DNA from: an uncultured Chryseobacterium sp.
GTDB lineage: Bacteria; Bacteroidota; Bacteroidia; Flavobacteriales_F; PHOS-HE28
Length of the DNA stretch: 46,875 bases
Reading direction: 5' to 3'
Assembly (NCBI GenBank): GCA_964464935.1
Contig: CAYXKE010000003.1
Span: 6,844-53,718, forward strand
In this document: piece after piece, positions 41,060-46,875 of the stretch
Position numbering within the stretch: the stretch's first letter is position 1
Layout: each line of letters begins with the position of its first letter
Position numbers and translations under genes: made by a program
Notes under the pieces: model-generated
The model's database searches: none
Seen by the model: the letters and a program-made list of their open reading frames with translations, nothing else
Told to the model about the DNA's origin: nothing

Positions 41060-41665
41060 ATGCCGCTTCGCTTCATCTGCCTGTCGTTCGCCGTGGCCAT
41101 CACCGCTTCGCTCGTGGGCCAGGAGGCCGTGGTCCATGTCACGGCCGCGGACCATCGTGCGGGCCGGGGCGACAGCGTGGGAACCTACACCGACATCCGG
41201 CGCAAAGGCGGTGAGTACGTGCTGCGCTTCTCCGGGAAGGTGGGTGTGCGGGAAGTGGCCTGTGCGGACATCTGGGGCTTCACGGTGAACGATGTGCTGT
41301 ACCGCATCCACCCCGTGGAACGGGTGCCGGTTCGGCTCATGGCCCAGGGTGCCGTGTGCTACTACGAGAACGGCTTCGCCCACCTGCGCATGCAGCGCAC
41401 GGGCAGTGAACTGGAGCCCTCGGGACCCGGTCATCGGTCGTACGTGGGGCGTACGTTGGAAGGGGACATCGTCCCGGCCGTGTTCGCTGCGGGCGATGGG
41501 GGTGCGGCCGGCCGGTTCCGCGCGCAACACCCCGAGCTGGAGCTCCTCTGCGCATGCATCGGTGCTGATGACGACCTGCACCGCACCCGGCAATGTGTGG
41601 TGGATTTCGAGGCCATGCTCGAGGGCGATGACCACCTGCGGCAAGTGATGCGTGTGGACCGATAG
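41060..41665 (+). CDS. Hypothetical secreted protein
   Basis: ATG 41060 with signal peptide MPLRFICLSFAVAITASLVG|QE; fills the gap between rsmI and DAHP synthase. TACCTTCG at 41031-41038 upstream. Confidence 0.6.
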   Translation: MPLRFICLSFAVAITASLVGQEAVVHVTAADHRAGRGDSVGTYTDIRRKGGEYVLRFSGKVGVREVACADIWGFTVNDVLYRIHPVERVPVRLMAQGAVCYYENGFAHLRMQRTGSELEPSGPGHRSYVGRTLEGDIVPAVFAAGDGGAAGRFRAQHPELELLCACIGADDDLHRTRQCVVDFEAMLEGDDHLRQVMRVDR

Positions 41666-41697
41666 ATCGAGGGCATGGGGGAGGATACCTTTGCCCC

Positions 41698-42849
41698 GTG
41701 CCGCAAGCGACCACCTCGTTGAACGTGCTGCCGTTCCATGCCTGGGGGCTGGGACAGGGGCGCCCGTTGCACATCGCCGGGCCCTGCAGCGCGGAGAGCC
41801 CGGAGCAGCTGCTGGCCGCAGCCCGTCCGCTGGCGGCCCAAGGCCATGTGCATGTGTTCCGTGCGGGCATTTGGAAGCCCCGCACCCGTCCCGGCGGTTT
41901 CGAAGGGGCCGGTGTGGTGGCACTGGAATGGCTGCGCCATGTGCGCGAGGAGACCGGCCTGCCCGTGATGACCGAGGTGGCCACCGCCCGCCACGTGGAG
42001 GCCTGCCTGGAGGCCGACATCGACATGCTGTGGATCGGTGCGCGTACGACGCCGAACCCGTTCAGCGTGCAGGAGATCGCCGATGCCCTGCGCGGGGTGG
42101 ACATCCCGGTGTTCGTGAAGAACCCGGTGAACCCCGACCTGCACCTGTGGACCGGCGCACTGGAACGTCTTTCCGCGGCGGGCATCCGGCGATTGGCGGC
42201 CGTGCATCGCGGCTTCAACTGGTTCGAGCACACCCACCTGCGCAACGCGCCCATGTGGGAATTCCCCATCCGCCTGATGGCGGCCCATCCCGAGCTGGAG
42301 GTGGTGTGCGACCCCAGCCACATCGCCGGCGACCCCGTGCACCTGCGCGCCGTGGCCCAGCGCGCCATGGAGCTGGGCATGGGGGGGCTGATGGTGGAGG
42401 TGCATGCCGATCCGGCCAATGCCTGGAGCGACGCCCGCCAGCAGATCACGCCGGAGGAGCACGAGGCGCTGGTGCGCGATCTCACCTGCCGCACCGCCCA
42501 TCCGCCGCCGGAGCTCGATGCCCACCTGGCCGAGCTGCGGGCCGAGATCGACCGGATCGATGAACGCATCGCGCGTGAGCTGGGCGAGCGCATGGCCGTG
42601 GCTGCCCGCATCGGTGCCCACAAACGCGCCCACCGGGTGGCCATCGTGCAGCCCGAGCGCTGGGAGGCCATCCTGGAGCGGCTGCTGGACATGGCGCCCG
42701 AGTTGGGCCTGGGCGAACGGTTCGTGCGCGAGTTCATGGACTGCGTGCACCGCGAGAGCATCCGCAAGCAGACCTCCGGCCCCGATACGGCCGAAGGATC
42801 CCCATCGAGCGGTTCGAACGGGCATCGACAGCCCGGGCGAATACCCTAA
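41698..42849 (+). CDS. Bifunctional DAHP synthase (type I beta) / chorismate mutase
   Basis: IAGPCSAE, RAGIWKPRTRPGGFEG, WIGART, KNP, HRG, DPSH, MVEVH...SDA.QQ, then AroQ motif LRAEIDRIDE...RM...IGAHK...Q.ERW. GTG start 4 nt after TACCTTTG (41686-41693). Confidence 0.93.
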   Translation: MPQATTSLNVLPFHAWGLGQGRPLHIAGPCSAESPEQLLAAARPLAAQGHVHVFRAGIWKPRTRPGGFEGAGVVALEWLRHVREETGLPVMTEVATARHVEACLEADIDMLWIGARTTPNPFSVQEIADALRGVDIPVFVKNPVNPDLHLWTGALERLSAAGIRRLAAVHRGFNWFEHTHLRNAPMWEFPIRLMAAHPELEVVCDPSHIAGDPVHLRAVAQRAMELGMGGLMVEVHADPANAWSDARQQITPEEHEALVRDLTCRTAHPPPELDAHLAELRAEIDRIDERIARELGERMAVAARIGAHKRAHRVAIVQPERWEAILERLLDMAPELGLGERFVREFMDCVHRESIRKQTSGPDTAEGSPSSGSNGHRQPGRIP

Positions 42850-42904
42850 TTTTCGACCTCCCCGGCCAAACCTGCATCGCCGTGGGCCAGTAATTCGCGC
42901 CACC

Positions 42905-45733
42905 ATGCATCGAACCTCTACACTGGTCGGGCTTGTCCCGGCGGTCCTCCTTGCGGCTTCGGCCCAGGCCCAGTTCTCCTTCATCAACGCCACCGACATC
43001 AAGTCCAGCACCACCCACAGTGGCGGGTGCATCGGCGTGGTGGACATGAACGGCGACGGACTGGACGACATGGTCTTCCTGGACCAGTCCCGGATCCTGC
43101 GCATCGACTATCAGAACCCCGACGGCTCCTACGCCTTGGTGACCTATGGCGCCGTGCACAACAGCGAGGAGCAATGGGGCATGTCCGTGGGTGACATGGA
43201 CAATGACGGGCACCGCGACCTGCTGAGCGGCGGCTTCTATGATGGGGTGCACCATGTGCGCATCACCGCCTTGGGCGAAAGCACCATGGGCACGCTGCCG
43301 AACAGCTCGATGTACATGCAGTGCAACAACGTGGCCGACATCAACAACGACGGCCACAACGACTTCTTCGCCTGCCACGACCACGCCGCGCCCAAGCAGT
43401 GGCTCAACGATGGCAACGGCAACCTCCTGTACGACGAGGACATCCTGGACCACAGCTCCGACCCGCCCAGCGATGGCAGCGGCAACTACGGCAGCGTGTG
43501 GACCGACTTCGACAACGATGGTGACCTGGACCTCTACGTGGCCAAGTGCCGCCAGGGCGTGAACAACCCCGAGGACCCGCGCCGCTGGAACCGCCTGTAC
43601 GTGAACAACGGCGATGGCACGTACACCGAGCGCGCCGCCGATTTCGGCATCCAGGTGAAGAACCAGTCGTGGACGGCCGACTTCGGCGACATCGATAACG
43701 ATGGCGACATGGACCTGGTGATCACCAACCACGATGCCACCATCCAGCTCTTTGAGAACGACGGCGCCGGCCATTTCACCGAGATCACCGCGGGCAGCGG
43801 CCTGCAGCAGACGGGCTTCTACCTGCAGAGCAAGTTCGTGGACCTGGACAACGACGGCTTTATCGACCTGATCGTGTCCGGTGGCACCCACCGCGTGTAC
43901 CGCAACAACGGGAACCGGACCTTCAGCATCGTGAACAACGTGTTCCCCGCACCGAAGACCATGCACAGCTTCGCCACCGGTGATCTGAACAACGACGGCT
44001 TCATCGATGTGCTGGCCAGCTACGGCGACACTTACGTAAGTCCGAACATGAACAACCCCGACCGCGTGTGGCTCAACGCGGGCAACGACAACAACTGGTT
44101 CAGCGTGCGCCTGGTGGGTACGGTGAGCAACCGCGACGCCATCGGTGCGCGCGTGACCATCACCGGGCCGTGGGGCACCCAGATCCGCGAGGTGCGCTCG
44201 GGCGAGAGCTATGGCATGGTGACCAGCTTCGCCTGTCACTTCGGTCTGGGCACGCATGACGTGGTGCCCTCGGTCACCGTGCGCTGGCCCAGCGGCCTGG
44301 TGGAGACCTTCACCGACCTGACCCCCAACCAGACCATCACCGTGGTGGAAGGCGTGTGCGTGAGCCCGGTGGCCGCCATCAGCAGCAGCACCCCGCTGAT
44401 CGTGTGCGGCGATGGGCATGAGATCACCCTCACCGCCAACGATGGCTATGCCTACAGCTGGAGCACCGGTGAGACCACCCAGAGCATCACCGTGTCCGAG
44501 CCCGGCAACTACGCCGTGACCATCGACGACGGCGAGGGCTGCAGCGCCACCACCAGCGTGTTCGTGGCCCTGGCACCCGATGAGACCCCGACGGTGACGG
44601 TGGAAGGCCCCACCACTTTCTGCGAAGGCGGTGCCCTGGTGCTCACCTCCTCGTCCGCTTCCGGCTACACCTGGAGCAATGGCACCACCGGTCCCACCAC
44701 CACGGTGACCGAGGCCGGCAGTTACACCGTGACCATCGATGGCGCTTGCGGACAGTTCCAAAGCGCCCCCGTGCTGGTGAACGTGCTCGACGCACCCCCG
44801 GCGCCCCAAGCCAATGGGGTGACCCTGCCCGAGCCCGGCAGCGCCACGCTGACGGCCACCGGCGACCAGGTGAGCTGGTACGATGTGCCCGAAGGCGGTT
44901 CGCCCCTGGCCACCGGCAATGTGTTCGAAACGCCCGTGCTCACCGAGTCCACCACGTACTGGGTGGCCGATGAACTGGTGCATAGCACCGGTGAGCAGAG
45001 CGGGGCCAAGGAGGCGCGCAGCCTCACCGGCCAGTTCCACACCAACGCCGACAACTACCAGCTCTTCACCGCTTTCGAGCCGTTCCACATCCGCAGCGTG
45101 CGCGTGTACGCCAACAGCACGGGGAACCGCACCTTCGGCCTGATCGACCGCGCGAACGGCTCCACGGTGGTGACCGCCACCATCATGGTGCCCAATGGGG
45201 AGAGCGAGGTGGAGCTCAACTTCTTCGTGCCCTCGGCCGGCGACTACGCCCTGCGCATCATGAGCGGCAACCCGCAGCTGTGGCGCGATGGCCTGGGCAG
45301 CGCGCAGAACTATCCGTACCCGCTGGGCACCGTGGGTGAAATGACCAGCAGCAGCGCCACGGGCGCCAACGCCACGGCCTACTACTACTTCTTCTACGAC
45401 TGGAAAGTGGAAGGCCTGAGCACCACCTGCTCCAGCGTGCGGACCCCGGTGGATGTGTTCGTGGGTGGTGAGGTGGGCATTGACGAGATGAGCGCCGATG
45501 GGGTGCGCATCTGGCCCAACCCCGCCATGGACGTGGTGAACGTGGTTCTGAGCGGTCGCACCAGCGGTCGAGTGATCGCCGAGCTGTTCGACATCACCGG
45601 TCGTCGGGTGGCGCAGGTGCAGGCGGTGGGTGGTCGCATCCAGGTGCCGGTGGCCGGCTTGGCCACGGGCGACTATGTGTTGCGCCTGCACCATGCCGAT
45701 GGCACCAGCTCGCACCGGGTGATGGTGCATTGA
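42905..45733 (+). CDS. T9SS-secreted FG-GAP/CRTAC1-like beta-propeller protein with ASPIC/UnbV and Ig-like domains
   Basis: ATG 42905, signal peptide (AQA|QF), seven DxxxDGxxD repeats, ASPIC/UnbV motif SNRDAIGARV...HFGLG...VRWPSG, YxWSxG Ig-like repeats, type A CTD (IWPNPA...FDITGRRV...GDYVLRL). Confidence 0.88.
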   Translation: MHRTSTLVGLVPAVLLAASAQAQFSFINATDIKSSTTHSGGCIGVVDMNGDGLDDMVFLDQSRILRIDYQNPDGSYALVTYGAVHNSEEQWGMSVGDMDNDGHRDLLSGGFYDGVHHVRITALGESTMGTLPNSSMYMQCNNVADINNDGHNDFFACHDHAAPKQWLNDGNGNLLYDEDILDHSSDPPSDGSGNYGSVWTDFDNDGDLDLYVAKCRQGVNNPEDPRRWNRLYVNNGDGTYTERAADFGIQVKNQSWTADFGDIDNDGDMDLVITNHDATIQLFENDGAGHFTEITAGSGLQQTGFYLQSKFVDLDNDGFIDLIVSGGTHRVYRNNGNRTFSIVNNVFPAPKTMHSFATGDLNNDGFIDVLASYGDTYVSPNMNNPDRVWLNAGNDNNWFSVRLVGTVSNRDAIGARVTITGPWGTQIREVRSGESYGMVTSFACHFGLGTHDVVPSVTVRWPSGLVETFTDLTPNQTITVVEGVCVSPVAAISSSTPLIVCGDGHEITLTANDGYAYSWSTGETTQSITVSEPGNYAVTIDDGEGCSATTSVFVALAPDETPTVTVEGPTTFCEGGALVLTSSSASGYTWSNGTTGPTTTVTEAGSYTVTIDGACGQFQSAPVLVNVLDAPPAPQANGVTLPEPGSATLTATGDQVSWYDVPEGGSPLATGNVFETPVLTESTTYWVADELVHSTGEQSGAKEARSLTGQFHTNADNYQLFTAFEPFHIRSVRVYANSTGNRTFGLIDRANGSTVVTATIMVPNGESEVELNFFVPSAGDYALRIMSGNPQLWRDGLGSAQNYPYPLGTVGEMTSSSATGANATAYYYFFYDWKVEGLSTTCSSVRTPVDVFVGGEVGIDEMSADGVRIWPNPAMDVVNVVLSGRTSGRVIAELFDITGRRVAQVQAVGGRIQVPVAGLATGDYVLRLHHADGTSSHRVMVH

Positions 45734-45751
45734 TCGATCCCGATCGGCGGT

Positions 45752-45782
45752 GGCCCCCGTTCCGTCATGCGGAGCGGGGGCC
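45752..45782 (+). terminator. GC-rich hairpin after the FG-GAP gene (terminator-like, no U tract)
   Basis: GGCCCCCGTTCCG-tcatg-CGGAGCGGGGGCC. Confidence 0.5.
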
Positions 45783-45802
45783 GCGCGCTTACATTGGGTG
45801 CC

Positions 45803-46390
45803 ATGTCCGCTCCCGTTCCATCGCCCGATGGCCGCGTGCGCTGCGGCTGGTGCATGAAGGACCAGCTCTACATGGACTATCACGACCAGGTGTGGGGCCG
45901 GCCCGAGCACGATGACCGCGCCCTCTTCGCCAAGCTGATCCTCGATGGTGCGCAGGCCGGTCTGAGCTGGTACACCATCCTGGTGCGCACCGAGAGCTAC
46001 CGCCGCGCATTCAGCGATTGGAACATCGCACACATCGCGGCGTACGGTCCGAAGGACGTGGAGCGGCTGATGAACGACCCCGGCATCATCCGCAACCGCG
46101 CCAAGATCGAGAGCACCATCCGCAATGCGCAGGCCTGTTTGCGGATCATGGAGCACGGCCCCGGCGCGTTCGATCACTTTCTGTGGAAGCACGTGGGCCA
46201 CAAGCCCCTCGTGAACCACTGGGCAGAGCTGCGCCAGATCCCCACCCGCACACCGGTGAGCGATGCATTGAGCAGGGACCTGAAGCAGGCCGGCTTCAGC
46301 TTCGTGGGCACCACCATCGTGTACGCGTTCATGCAGGCCGTGGGCATGGTTGACGACCACTTGGTGAGCTGCTGGCGACGCACCGGGTGA
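45803..46390 (+). CDS. tag: DNA-3-methyladenine glycosylase I
   Basis: RCGW, YHDQVWG, QAGLSW, IIRNRAKI, LKQAGFSFVG, MQAVGMVDDHLVSC. TACATTGG ends 5 nt before ATG 45803. Confidence 0.95.
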   Translation: MSAPVPSPDGRVRCGWCMKDQLYMDYHDQVWGRPEHDDRALFAKLILDGAQAGLSWYTILVRTESYRRAFSDWNIAHIAAYGPKDVERLMNDPGIIRNRAKIESTIRNAQACLRIMEHGPGAFDHFLWKHVGHKPLVNHWAELRQIPTRTPVSDALSRDLKQAGFSFVGTTIVYAFMQAVGMVDDHLVSCWRRTG

Positions 46391-46414
46391 AGGCACCCGC
46401 CTATCTTCGTCCCC

Positions 46415-46875
46415 ATGGCCCGGACCGCAACCCTTCCGTCCATTCCGCGACCGCACACCACGCCCACCATCGACCAGGTGGGCATCGAGGAGCGCGTGGC
46501 GCGGATCCGCGCGCGGAGCATCAAGAACGAGGCAAAAGTGCAGGGGCTGCACATGGCCCTGAGCATGATCGACCTCACCACCCTCGAGGGCGCTGACACG
46601 CCCCAGAAGGTGCGGCAGATGTGCTACAAGGCCCTGCACCTGCACGACTCACTGCCCGGCCTGCCCACCGTGGCGGCCGTATGCGTGTACCCCTCGCTGG
46701 TGAAGGTGGCCAGGCAGGCCCTGGCCGGCAGTGGTGTGAAGGTGGCCAGCGTGAGCACCGCCTTCCCCAGCGGGCAGGCGCCGCGCGCAGTGAAGATCGC
46801 CGACACCAAGTTCGCCGTGAGCGAAGGTGCCGACGAGATCGACATGGTGATCAGCCGCGGCCGCTTCCACAACGG
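46415..46875 (+). CDS. deoC: Deoxyribose-phosphate aldolase, 3'-truncated by the window edge (not in the ORF track)
   Basis: Manual translation: MARTATLPS...SMIDLTTLEGADTPQKV...AAVCVYP...VASVSTAFPSG...GADEIDMVISRG. TATCTTCG at 46402-46409 ends 5 nt before the ATG. Confidence 0.93.
   Translation, partial: MARTATLPSIPRPHTTPTIDQVGIEERVARIRARSIKNEAKVQGLHMALSMIDLTTLEGADTPQKVRQMCYKALHLHDSLPGLPTVAAVCVYPSLVKVARQALAGSGVKVASVSTAFPSGQAPRAVKIADTKFAVSEGADEIDMVISRGRFHN

Overview
A GC-rich Bacteroidota (Flavobacteriales-like) chromosomal segment. The assignment rests on TAnnTTTG-type promoters, T9SS cargo proteins, the alternative complex III operon, murF-alr and DAHP-synthase/chorismate-mutase fusions, and Gln-starting mature secreted proteins. 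Most of the window is housekeeping: LLM oxidoreductase (partial), GGGP synthase, ahcY, greA, HIT protein, ruvC, actABCDEF-ctaC-ctaD, SPOR protein, rimP-nusA-infB, tdk, murF-alr, M28 peptidase, rsmI, DAHP synthase/CM, tag and deoC (partial). The standout is a compact three-gene outer-membrane module at 3892-12875. It encodes a 1.25-kaa TonB-dependent-receptor-like barrel, a translationally coupled 1.39-kaa secreted protein with an atypical T9SS-like C-terminal domain, and a PorV/PorQ-family barrel, with no SusD. The module has a repeat-rich upstream region and ends in a strong hairpin. Other signals are many apparently leaderless genes, a Fur-box-like palindrome centred between the ACIII and SPOR promoters, a His-less Rieske-like lipoprotein, an insertion in CoxII and a flippase-like/GT2/orphan-DppC operon. 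I saw no rRNA, tRNA, CRISPR array, transposase or integrase. All calls come from reading motifs by eye; no database searches were run.
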